Of a DNA stretch of 27,434 bases, positions 1 through 8,595 are shown piece by piece. The stretch lies in IMG/VR virus record IMGVR_UViG_3300025066_000127, positions 1 to 27,434 of that record; one strand, 5' to 3'. The number at the start of each line of letters is the position of its first letter. Within the stretch, counting starts at the first letter, position 1. The stretch is from a virus. Lineage: Duplodnaviria; Caudoviricetes. The notes beneath the pieces were generated by a model, which searched no databases, was not told the origin of the DNA, and was given only the letters and a program-made list of their open reading frames with translations. The translations under genes and the position numbers were made by a program.

Positions 1-9
1 CTTTCTTAT

Positions 10-18
10 ATTTATTAG
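10..18 (+). promoter_or_regulatory. Candidate late promoter element (ATATTTATT, variant of ATATTTATA)
   Basis: One mismatch to the ATATTTATA motif found in four other intergenic gaps; 30 nt upstream of ATG at 49. Confidence 0.4.
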
Positions 19-48
19 TGAATCAATATATCTAAACGGAGTTTGCTT

Positions 49-846
49 ATGATAAAGTTAGTGGATTTACTAAATGAGGGAATCAGAGACCCAGGAATTT
101 TTAAAGGTATTTTTCTTGCTGGTGGTCCTGGAAGTGGAAAATCTTATGTTGCACAACAATTATTCGGTATTCCCGAAAAAGTCAATGTATCAACCTATGG
201 ACTAAAAATGGTTAATCAAGACCAGGAATTGGAATTGTTCTTAAATAAATTTTACGGACCTAAATCAGGAGCCGATTCAACTGTCGATTATCTTAATATT
301 CAAGCATATCCACCCGAATTATTCAAACAACTTACCGATCCTACTTTTGATGATTATGCCGGATTAAGGGGAAGTGCAAAATATTTAAGTAGAAGGAGAA
401 TGTCAAAATATTTAGAAGGTCGTTTGGGAGTTATTATTGATGGAACTGGTCATAAGTATAATTCTATTAAAAATGAACGACAAGATTTGGTTGATTTGGG
501 TTACGATACTTATATGGTTTTTGTAACGACTTCATTAGAAGTTGCACAAGAAAGAAATGAATCAAGACCACGAAAATTACCGGCAGATTTAGTAGAAAAA
601 TCTTGGAAAAATGTTCAGAAAAATATGGCATTCTTTCAAGGGTTGTTTGGTGGTAGTAATTTTTTAATTGTGGATAATAATAAACATTTAAGTCCAGAAG
701 AGGCAAAGAAAAAATTTAAAATGTTAGTTGAAAAGGGTATTAAAAAATTTATTAATAAACCAGTTAAAAGTAAAATAGCAAAAAAATGGATTGCACAACA
801 AAAGTTAGTTCCTAAAAAAGATTTAAAACAAATGTTAAAAAAATGA
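49..846 (+). CDS. P-loop kinase (zeta-toxin/AAA_33/polynucleotide-kinase-like) with N-terminal MIKLVDLLNE leader
   Basis: Walker A GGPGSGKS, VIIDGTG and lid-like RNESRPR. ATG at 49 (GGAG upstream) preferred over TTG at 43. Confidence 0.75.
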   Translation: MIKLVDLLNEGIRDPGIFKGIFLAGGPGSGKSYVAQQLFGIPEKVNVSTYGLKMVNQDQELELFLNKFYGPKSGADSTVDYLNIQAYPPELFKQLTDPTFDDYAGLRGSAKYLSRRRMSKYLEGRLGVIIDGTGHKYNSIKNERQDLVDLGYDTYMVFVTTSLEVAQERNESRPRKLPADLVEKSWKNVQKNMAFFQGLFGGSNFLIVDNNKHLSPEEAKKKFKMLVEKGIKKFINKPVKSKIAKKWIAQQKLVPKKDLKQMLKK

Positions 847-1235
847 TAAAATTACTTGATATATTAAACGAGTATTCTCATAATAATGGTTCAACAGGTG
901 GAGCAGAAGCCGGAGAACCAGATACAGGCTGGACAAGCCCACGAAAGAAACGAAAATTAGGAGTGGATAGTAGTAAACCCGAACCTTGGTTTGAGAAAGG
1001 TAGATATACACAATTATCTTTTCCAAAAGCGGATAATCCATATGATGCAGCAAAAGGTAGGGGTGATGATAAAAGTATTCAGAGAGTTCAAGTAATAAAG
1101 AGAGTTGTTAATACTGGTATTAAATATGAAGATTTTTATGATACTATAGCAAGTTGGGATAAATATGGTGGCCAAGATTATTCAATGGATTATGAAAATC
1201 CAGGTGGAGAAGTTCCTGCTGGTGAAAGGAAATAG
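843..1235 (+). CDS. Hypothetical protein with MIKLLDILNE leader
   Basis: ATGA overlap with the upstream gene; shares QxxFPxADNxY with the ORF at 9371. Confidence 0.75.
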   Translation: MIKLLDILNEYSHNNGSTGGAEAGEPDTGWTSPRKKRKLGVDSSKPEPWFEKGRYTQLSFPKADNPYDAAKGRGDDKSIQRVQVIKRVVNTGIKYEDFYDTIASWDKYGGQDYSMDYENPGGEVPAGERK

Positions 1236-1522
1236 TGAGTTTAATATATTTTATATTATGTTCATATGGTCTTACACAAATTTTAGTATATGCACATCTT
1301 TTTGATAGGATAAGACCAGACAAAAAATTTTTTAAATGTTCCATGTGTATGGGATTTTGGGTTGGAGTATTTCTGTATTCCATAAACGGATATACAGATT
1401 TATTTTCATTTCAGTATAATTGGATCAATCCATTACTTTTGGGGTGTTTGAGTTCAGGCACTTCTTATGTTTTGGATATGGTCATAGGAGATAAGGGGAT
1501 TAGATATGAGAATAACAATTAA
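1235..1522 (+). CDS. Small membrane protein with CxxC (CSMC)
   Basis: TAGTG coupling; three hydrophobic segments; FFKCSMCMGFWVG. Confidence 0.75.
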   Translation: MSLIYFILCSYGLTQILVYAHLFDRIRPDKKFFKCSMCMGFWVGVFLYSINGYTDLFSFQYNWINPLLLGCLSSGTSYVLDMVIGDKGIRYENNN

Positions 1523-1565
1523 ATGGATGTTACCAGCAGTTGCCCATTGTAAAAACGGCTGCTGA
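1506..1565 (+). CDS. Putative 19-aa Cys-containing peptide MRITIKWMLPAVAHCKNGC
   Basis: ATG preceded by AAGGGGA SD-like sequence; ends in TGA immediately followed by a GC-rich hairpin; too short for the ORF track. Confidence 0.4.
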   Translation: MRITIKWMLPAVAHCKNGC

Positions 1566-1566
1566 C

Positions 1567-1595
1567 TGCGGGGCACGGAATAATCCGTGTCCGTA
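1567..1595 (+). promoter_or_regulatory. GC-rich RNA hairpin
   Basis: GGGCACGGA (1571-1579) pairs with TCCGTGTCC (1584-1592) with one G-U pair and an ATAA loop, extendable by 3 bp past a bulge; no downstream U-tract. Confidence 0.6.
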
Positions 1596-1607
1596 AATGA
1601 GAAAATG

Positions 1608-1985
1608 ATGATTAAGTTAAAAGACTTATTAAATGAAACTATAGCCTGTGGTGAATGCCTTCAATATGCTTGGAACACTTATATAAGAAACCAAGATAAT
1701 AAATCAGCAAATCGTAGAATGAAGATTGTATTTGGTACGGTTCAGAATAAATGGATTAGTAACAATAAGAGGTATCCACACGCTTGGGTAGAGGATGGTA
1801 GCTTAGTTAAAGATTGGCAAACGAATGACCCGAAAGGACCCCGTACAAGTAAATACGCTATGAAGGGATGGCCGAAAAGAGAATTTTATAAATTCTGGAA
1901 TCCAAAGAATGTTAAAAAATATACACCAAAAGAAGCGTCAGACAATTTTAAAAGAACAAAATCCATGATAGGTTGGGATTGGTAA
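1608..1985 (+). CDS. Transglutaminase/papain-like Cys-His-Asp domain protein with MIKLKDLLNE leader
   Basis: GEC...YAW, HAWVE and downstream D (VKDW) in the typical triad order; start moved to ATG 1608 (or 1605). Confidence 0.55.
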   Translation: MIKLKDLLNETIACGECLQYAWNTYIRNQDNKSANRRMKIVFGTVQNKWISNNKRYPHAWVEDGSLVKDWQTNDPKGPRTSKYAMKGWPKREFYKFWNPKNVKKYTPKEASDNFKRTKSMIGWDW

Positions 1986-3703
1986 TGATTAGTCTAACAG
2001 AACTATTACCAATAAACGAAAGGAACAAAGTATTTTTAAGAGTTCCAAATGATATCAAAAAGATATACAAGTTGTTCAAGAAGAATAAGAAACAACTTTA
2101 TATTGTTGGTGGAGCAGTAAGAGATGCAATTCTCGGTAAAAGTCCAAAAGACTATGATATGGCAACCGACGCAACACCAGATGATGTATTAAAAATGGCA
2201 AAACAAGGTGGATTTAAGACTTATGAAGTCGGTAAGTCATTTGGGGTTGTCGTAGTGGGTGGTCACGAAATAGCAACATTCAGAAAAGACATAGGAAAAG
2301 GTAGACGACCAAAGGCAGTAGATTTTACTGATATACAGGGTGATATAAAACGTAGAGACTTAACTGTCAATGCCCTATTCTACGACATAGGACGAGAAGA
2401 AATAGTTGATTTAGTAGGTGGGTTAGAAGATTTAAAAAAGAAGTTAGTGAGAACTGTGGGACAGGCCGAATTAAGGTTTGATGAGGACCCACTAAGAAAA
2501 CTACGAGCATTACGATTTAATGCAGCACTTGGTGGTAAGATACATACTGATACTTTCGCAGCACTAAAGAAAAACCCAAGTTTAAAGGGAGTAAGTAGTG
2601 AAAGAATTAGAGATGAGTTTGTTAAGTCAATCGTTAAAGCAAAATCACCAAAGAAATATATGGAGTTGTGTGATGAACTTGGATTTACAAAACAAATATT
2701 ACCAGGATTAAAAGTGAATAAACCATACATAAATGAAAACGATGATATTTTATTTTTGTCTTGGATTTTACGAAAAAATGATGTACGTTCTATTAGTAAT
2801 AAATTGAATGGTTTAAGCTATTCTAACAACGATATAGAAAATATTCAATTTTTAAATATATTACAGGACTTTAAACCTGAAAATGTTTTTAAGGTTAAAA
2901 AGTTTCAAGAAAGAACAACATTGAGTAATAATCAGATTATAAAATGGGGTAAATATATAGGAAAAGATTTTAAAAAATTAGTTAAATTTAAATTATCAGT
3001 AAAAGGAAATGAAGTTCCTAAAGGTGTAAGGGGACCTGAAATAGGAAAAGTAATACAACAAATGGAGAAAGAGAAATTCTTAAATGAAAATACTGATAAG
3101 GCAAAATTGTATAAACTTTATACAAAGGCCATGAAAATGATGCCAGGAAGTTCAGCTCAAAAGAAAATTAGTAAGGAAATTGATAAGTTGAGAAAGAAAC
3201 TTGGAATGAACGAAATAGCAGTTCGGAAAACACCGAAGAAGTTTAAAGACATTTTTAATGCTTTACCAAGTGACTTGAAGAAACGAGTTTATAACTTGAA
3301 GAATTATGACCAACGGAGAGATGCCCACCCAGAAGGTAATGTGTTAAAACACACGATTGCCGTTACTAACAGAGCACTTAAAACTGGTGATATAGATTTT
3401 GCACTATCAGCATTATTTCACGATATAGGTAAAGATGAAACCGCAGGAATACACCCAAAGAAAGGACATATTACTCACTACGGACACGAGCATGTATCAG
3501 CCAAGTTGGTTAAGAAACATGCACGCTGGATAAAATCGATGGGAGGGAATACAGTTGATATTTATTACATAGTAAAACAACATATGAGAATGAAAGTATT
3601 TGATAAGATGAAATGGCATAAACAAGAAAAGATGAAAAAGTTTAGAGCATTTGATAAACTCAAAAAATTCTCAAAAGATTTTGATAAAGGTGGACGAAGA
3701 TGA
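1985..3703 (+). CDS. tRNA nucleotidyltransferase (CCA-adding/poly(A) polymerase class II family) fused via a linker module to an HD phosphohydrolase
   Basis: VGGAVRD..LG..PKDYDMAT, RRDLTVNAL and RFDEDPLR.LRALRF. C-terminal HPEGNVLKHT...LFHDIGK...H.GHE. Start at TAATG overlap (MISLTELLPINE). Confidence 0.88.
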   Translation: MISLTELLPINERNKVFLRVPNDIKKIYKLFKKNKKQLYIVGGAVRDAILGKSPKDYDMATDATPDDVLKMAKQGGFKTYEVGKSFGVVVVGGHEIATFRKDIGKGRRPKAVDFTDIQGDIKRRDLTVNALFYDIGREEIVDLVGGLEDLKKKLVRTVGQAELRFDEDPLRKLRALRFNAALGGKIHTDTFAALKKNPSLKGVSSERIRDEFVKSIVKAKSPKKYMELCDELGFTKQILPGLKVNKPYINENDDILFLSWILRKNDVRSISNKLNGLSYSNNDIENIQFLNILQDFKPENVFKVKKFQERTTLSNNQIIKWGKYIGKDFKKLVKFKLSVKGNEVPKGVRGPEIGKVIQQMEKEKFLNENTDKAKLYKLYTKAMKMMPGSSAQKKISKEIDKLRKKLGMNEIAVRKTPKKFKDIFNALPSDLKKRVYNLKNYDQRRDAHPEGNVLKHTIAVTNRALKTGDIDFALSALFHDIGKDETAGIHPKKGHITHYGHEHVSAKLVKKHARWIKSMGGNTVDIYYIVKQHMRMKVFDKMKWHKQEKMKKFRAFDKLKKFSKDFDKGGRR

Positions 3704-6555
3704 AAAACCATATAGAAGAATGTATAGCAGTAGCATCTTTATTTGGAAATGATATGGTTCTCGGTAAAAACCGAGATAGAAATTATAATCCAAATCTAAA
3801 AGTAGTTAGGGAACTAACTGGTTATGGTGTTGAGTTATGCTATGTGATAGACCAAGATACAGATTGGACAGAGGGAATGAATTCTCACGGAATCGGTTTG
3901 GTAAATTCTGCATTATTTGTAAAACGAGATGAGAAAGATTTTGATAAGTCAAAGAAAAAGAAAGCAATGTCTAAAGATGGTGCAAGAATTAGAGAGGCAC
4001 TTTCAAAAACAACTTTACACGATGTTGTAAAATCATTAGTATCATATCATGGTGGGATTAAAGGTCATACTTTAGTTGGTGATGGTAAAAAATTTGTAAT
4101 AATAGAAAATACGAGTAGAGTTAAACCAGTAGTAAAGATAAAAGATTTAAGTAAAGAACCAATAGTAAGAACTAATCACGGAATAGAACATACTGAACAA
4201 GGTTATCAGAGAGGAAACGATAAACTATCTTCAGAATTAAGATTGATGAATGCATTAAATGTTCTTCATCAGACACCACATTATAAGGAATTGTTTCCTG
4301 CGTTTTATAATCATAAACAAGATAAGGGACCCAAATATGATTTAGTAAGGGCACAGAATAAACTTTGGACATCAAGTCAGTTGATTATGAATTTAAATAA
4401 AAGAGAAATGATACTTTATCTTATTCCAGGAGCAGTAAAGTTTCTTGGTATAGAAAATAGACTTCCAAATGATTACGAGTCTAAACTCAGTTTTATTGTA
4501 AAAGAATATGAGCATGCTCCACAGGAAAAATATAAACAGTTTGTTCCAACTACGAAAAAACCTAAATATAGTGCTCTTGTAGGAGAACTTGTAAATCCAA
4601 TTTTGAAGGAACATGAATTAGAACAACTTAATGAGGCAGGAGAGGGTTATTTTTACCCACGAACTATGTTGGATTATATAAAGGGTTCTGGATATGATTC
4701 GGTGAAGAGAGCAAATAGTACTATTAAGTCAATAAAAAATCGGGCCAAGTCAGAACAAAAAGAAATTGTAGAAACAATGTATAATAGAGCCAAATATCAC
4801 GATACACAAACAAGTGGTATGAGAGAAGCAATGGAAATTTTTGAAAAATGGTTAGCAGAAGATACTAAAAAGATTAAAAAAGTAGTTGGTATCTATGGTG
4901 GTAGATATCAACCATTTGGTCCACATCACAAAAAAACTTTTGAATGGTTAAAGAAACAAGTAGATGACGCATATATTACGACTTCTAATATAAAGAAACC
5001 ACCCAAACACCCTATGAATTATAAAGAAAAACTTCGTCATATAACTAAAATGGGTATTTCATCGGGTGAAGTTGTAAATGAAAGAGTTCCATTGGTAGCA
5101 AATAAAGTGCTAAAAAAATACGACCCTGACACTACTGCCGTGATATATATATTCGGTGAGAAGGATGCCGGAAGATTAGCTGGTGGAAAGAAGAAAAGTG
5201 GTGGTTTATCATATTTTCAAGATTATAAGAAGAATAAGAACAATTTAAAAGGATATGAAGAACACGGATATTTTATGACTGCACCGCACGTTTCTAAAAG
5301 GGTTGGTGGAAAAGAAGTTAGTGGAACGGTAATGAGAGAATTACTCGGTTCACAGAAATTTTCAGACGAAGAAAGACGGAAGTTATTTAAAGATGCATTC
5401 GGTTATTTTGACGAGGGTGTTTATTTAATGATGCATAATAAGTTTAAGAAGTTATTTAAATGGACGGAAGAAGGAATTACTGAAGCAACTGGTGGAAAAC
5501 TGATAGCAGCTCGAAATAAAGGTCACCTTAAAAATTCAGGAGAAACTGCATTAGACGCGAACGGAATAATTTCAAAATTTAAAGGTAGGGGGGACATTTC
5601 GGACGCATTTAGTTTTGCCGTAAAGGATTTAGAGAAGGCAATAGGTGGATTATCTGATAAACAACGAAATAAGATTTTTATGAATGGTAAGGCTTGGATG
5701 AATTTAGAGGTTATGTGGCCTAAGTCAGCAAATGTGATTAATTATGATAAAGCGGAGATAGTATTTCATGGAGCACTTGAATATGATGATAGTGGAAATG
5801 CTGTGGGAGAGGCAAAAGATAGTGCAAGAATGTTAGCCGGTATGATTAAACAAGTAAATAAGAATATACAGAAACATTATAAGATTGGAAAACCAAATTT
5901 CCTTACAGTTCCTAAACATCAGGATTTTGACAAGAAGAAAAAGTATTTTTTGAATAAATTATCCAAATTACAAAGAGAATATAAATTAAAAGACAATGAT
6001 ACATTAGCACTTTACCATCAGAAGTTTTGGGAAGATTTTATTAAACAAGGTGAAGGTATGTATACATCTGGAATCCCCAAGAAAGTGCAGAAAAAACTTG
6101 TTAAACGGTGGGCATTTTTTGATAAGAGTTATAAGATAGCCACAATCAAAAAAGATTTAGAAAAATACCCGGCATTTTTAGAATGGGTTTTAGGTGTTGA
6201 TAAAGATAACCATGCAGCAATAGTTAAAGCAAATATGAAACCATTTGAGGAGTTATTTTTTGAGGTAGGAGCAGAAATAATGAAAAATGTGAGTGGTTGG
6301 TTAGCAGCAAGTCCAGATTCTACGGTTCAACGAGTGAAAAAACAATTAGATACGGCCATTAAGAATGTTAGAAGTGGTGGAGACTTGAAAAAACTTAATA
6401 CATTAAAATTACAATTAGATAAATTGAATTCAATAGGTGGATTAGACTCAATAGTTCCAAGTGAGGGAATAGTTTTCAAATATAATGGAAAAACATTTAA
6501 ATTTACGGGCGCATTTGCTCCAATCAATCAAATAACAGGACTTATGACATTCTAA
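3700..6555 (+). CDS. Multidomain polyprotein: Ntn-hydrolase-like domain / small helical module / HIGH-superfamily (cytidylyltransferase-like) nucleotidyltransferase / C-terminal part of an ATP-dependent ligase-like domain
   Basis: CIAV...GKNRD...EGMNSHG...RTNHG (Ntn); GIYGGRYQPFGPHH and VSGTVMR (HIGH-like); AARNK, NLEVMW, IVFHG, SEGIVFK, KTFK (ligase motifs Ia, III, IIIa, IV, V). Domains separated by LKE/LNE, LAE and ITE. Confidence 0.7.
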   Translation: MKNHIEECIAVASLFGNDMVLGKNRDRNYNPNLKVVRELTGYGVELCYVIDQDTDWTEGMNSHGIGLVNSALFVKRDEKDFDKSKKKKAMSKDGARIREALSKTTLHDVVKSLVSYHGGIKGHTLVGDGKKFVIIENTSRVKPVVKIKDLSKEPIVRTNHGIEHTEQGYQRGNDKLSSELRLMNALNVLHQTPHYKELFPAFYNHKQDKGPKYDLVRAQNKLWTSSQLIMNLNKREMILYLIPGAVKFLGIENRLPNDYESKLSFIVKEYEHAPQEKYKQFVPTTKKPKYSALVGELVNPILKEHELEQLNEAGEGYFYPRTMLDYIKGSGYDSVKRANSTIKSIKNRAKSEQKEIVETMYNRAKYHDTQTSGMREAMEIFEKWLAEDTKKIKKVVGIYGGRYQPFGPHHKKTFEWLKKQVDDAYITTSNIKKPPKHPMNYKEKLRHITKMGISSGEVVNERVPLVANKVLKKYDPDTTAVIYIFGEKDAGRLAGGKKKSGGLSYFQDYKKNKNNLKGYEEHGYFMTAPHVSKRVGGKEVSGTVMRELLGSQKFSDEERRKLFKDAFGYFDEGVYLMMHNKFKKLFKWTEEGITEATGGKLIAARNKGHLKNSGETALDANGIISKFKGRGDISDAFSFAVKDLEKAIGGLSDKQRNKIFMNGKAWMNLEVMWPKSANVINYDKAEIVFHGALEYDDSGNAVGEAKDSARMLAGMIKQVNKNIQKHYKIGKPNFLTVPKHQDFDKKKKYFLNKLSKLQREYKLKDNDTLALYHQKFWEDFIKQGEGMYTSGIPKKVQKKLVKRWAFFDKSYKIATIKKDLEKYPAFLEWVLGVDKDNHAAIVKANMKPFEELFFEVGAEIMKNVSGWLAASPDSTVQRVKKQLDTAIKNVRSGGDLKKLNTLKLQLDKLNSIGGLDSIVPSEGIVFKYNGKTFKFTGAFAPINQITGLMTF

Positions 6556-6818
6556 TGGAAGATTTCGAAGATTTTCAAGAAATTTTTAAGATGAAAAAGA
6601 TGAATAATATTAAATTTATTATTAATATTATTGGTTTGGTGGGTGCATTAGGTGGTGGATGGTACAAATTAGAAAATAGGGTATCTAATTTGGAAGAAGA
6701 AATTAATAAACAGAGTGAAATTAAAAATATACAAGCAGAAATAGAATTAATGAAAAGGGATCAAGAACTTGAAGATTTAAAATTCAAGATGAAACTTGAT
6801 TCGTTACAAAGGAGTTAG
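6555..6818 (+). CDS. Single-TM coiled-coil membrane protein
   Basis: IKFIINIIGLVGALGGGWY followed by a heptad-rich segment; the true start may be a downstream Met. Confidence 0.6.
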   Translation: MEDFEDFQEIFKMKKMNNIKFIINIIGLVGALGGGWYKLENRVSNLEEEINKQSEIKNIQAEIELMKRDQELEDLKFKMKLDSLQRS

Positions 6819-6821
6819 TTT

Positions 6822-7391
6822 ATGAACGAACATCAAAGACACGTTAAGGCAAGACAAGATATTATGAAGGGTAATACACCCGAAAAACGAATTTTTGTCC
6901 ATATGGAAGATTTAGAAGCAAAAAAGAAACGACAGGATGAAGTAAAGGCGGATAGAGAGAAAAGAAATGACCGAATGGACGTTTTAAAGGATGCAAAAAT
7001 ACCTTGGTTTTGTCCAGAATGTAATAAAGTGATGAAACAGAGGCTGGATGATAAAATGTACAGATTACATAATCATTGTTTTGATTGTCAAATAAAATTT
7101 GAGAATAAACTTCGCATTGAGGGTAAATATGAAGAATGGGAAGAAAAAAAGGTGTTAAATAATCAACTTTCTTATATAAAAGATCAAATTAATAGTATAG
7201 ATGATTGGAAAGATGAGACTTCGAAACCTTTAGAAGTTTTTGATCAGGTAGGAGTTCAAGATGTAGAATTACATACTGAAAAATGGAGTCAAAATAAGGA
7301 AAAGGTTGAGGAAATGTCTAACGAAGCTCTCGAAGAATTAAATAAAATGAAAGAAGATGTTGAAGAAAAACTGAATAGTTTTGAAATTTAA
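6822..7391 (+). CDS. Zinc-finger-containing coiled-coil hypothetical protein
   Basis: CPEC...HCFDC; AGGAG upstream. Confidence 0.75.
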   Translation: MNEHQRHVKARQDIMKGNTPEKRIFVHMEDLEAKKKRQDEVKADREKRNDRMDVLKDAKIPWFCPECNKVMKQRLDDKMYRLHNHCFDCQIKFENKLRIEGKYEEWEEKKVLNNQLSYIKDQINSIDDWKDETSKPLEVFDQVGVQDVELHTEKWSQNKEKVEEMSNEALEELNKMKEDVEEKLNSFEI

Positions 7392-7399
7392 TATTTATA
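7391..7399 (+). promoter_or_regulatory. Candidate late promoter ATATTTATA
   Basis: Identical 9-mer in four intergenic gaps; 29 nt before ATG 7429. Confidence 0.55.
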
Positions 7400-7428
7400 A
7401 GTGTGTCAGTGTATATTGGAGAAAATGA

Positions 7429-7701
7429 ATGATTAAATTAAAAGATATGATGAGTGAAGCTGATGAAGATAGTGTATCGACCGCGGATGAAAAACAGGCT
7501 AAACGGCTTAAGAAGCCATTAACAAACGCCATTGCAGGAATTGGAAGGTCAATCGATAACATCAACAAAATGATGTCAGATTTTAATTCTCCTGGTTTGA
7601 AGCATGCATTTATAGATGCAATCAAAATTGGTGTAAAACGTCAGGGTAAATTTGATGAACGAGCAGCTTACAAACGTTTTGAAGATTATTACAAAAGATA
7701 A
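7429..7701 (+). CDS. Hypothetical protein with MIKLKDMMSE leader (putative internal head protein)
   Basis: GGAG SD; leader motif. Confidence 0.75.
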   Translation: MIKLKDMMSEADEDSVSTADEKQAKRLKKPLTNAIAGIGRSIDNINKMMSDFNSPGLKHAFIDAIKIGVKRQGKFDERAAYKRFEDYYKR

Positions 7702-7883
7702 TGATTAAAATGAAAGAATTAATAAAAGAGGGTAAATTATCCGATAAAGAAGCCGGAAAGATTTTAGATGAATTAGTTAAATTATTTAAAAGTAATAAAC
7801 ATGGTGATTCATTAAAATATTTATTTACAGATAGAACTTATAGAAGATATGCTATAAGAGCAATTAGGAGCTCACTTTTATGA
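7701..7883 (+). CDS. Hypothetical protein with MIKMKELIKE leader
   Basis: TAATG coupling; leader motif. Confidence 0.7.
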   Translation: MIKMKELIKEGKLSDKEAGKILDELVKLFKSNKHGDSLKYLFTDRTYRRYAIRAIRSSLL

Positions 7884-8140
7884 TCAAAATGAAGAAATTA
7901 TTGGAAGAAAAAGTAGATATTGATGATATTTCTTGGAATCACCAAAAATTATTAAAAGTTGGTGGAGATTATATTCATAAGACTCGTGATGGACGACTTT
8001 GGTATGAACTTGATGATGATATTAAAAAGAGTAAGAATAGAACTTTAATAAAATACTTTAAGGAGTATGATAAAGCTCGTCTTAAACTTCAACATGCCGG
8101 TGCAATGTTGACAAGGGCATTTAATTTGGAAAAAAGATGA
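7880..8140 (+). CDS. Hypothetical protein with MIKMKKLLEE leader
   Basis: ATGA coupling, AGGAG upstream; leader motif. Confidence 0.72.
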   Translation: MIKMKKLLEEKVDIDDISWNHQKLLKVGGDYIHKTRDGRLWYELDDDIKKSKNRTLIKYFKEYDKARLKLQHAGAMLTRAFNLEKR

Positions 8141-8595
8141 TTAAATTAAAAGACATACTAATAAATGAAACAGCATCTACCCGTGCAATGAGAGATTCTG
8201 AAGATGGGGCTTCAAAACAATTTCTTAAAGATTTTGATAAGGCATTTAAGAAGAAATCTAAAGAATTGGGATATGGTAAGTTAAGTAAAACGGTCAAGTC
8301 TTACAATGTTCAAGTATCTAAACCTGCTGGATTTAATAAACCAATAACATTTGATAAGAGAAAAGGTATTGAGGTGGATTATCAAATTGGTGATTTCGTT
8401 AGACCTGGTAGAGAATTGAGCACTTATAAATTAAAAGATTTTATTAAAGATATGAAAAGAGGATTTAGTGGATATAAGATAGAAAAGACAGGTGTAAAAA
8501 CTCATTTTTATTTATCAAAAGGTGGAAATACATATCACTTATCATACACACCAACAATTGCAACGTCTCATGTGATGGGAAGTTCGAGAGTATAA
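8137..8595 (+). CDS. Basic hypothetical protein with MIKLKDILINE leader
   Basis: ATGA coupling; leader motif. Confidence 0.75.
   Translation: MIKLKDILINETASTRAMRDSEDGASKQFLKDFDKAFKKKSKELGYGKLSKTVKSYNVQVSKPAGFNKPITFDKRKGIEVDYQIGDFVRPGRELSTYKLKDFIKDMKRGFSGYKIEKTGVKTHFYLSKGGNTYHLSYTPTIATSHVMGSSRV

Noticed and set aside
1567-1595. Hairpin as rho-independent terminator
   Set aside because: There is no U-tract after the stem on either strand and it lies mid-operon.
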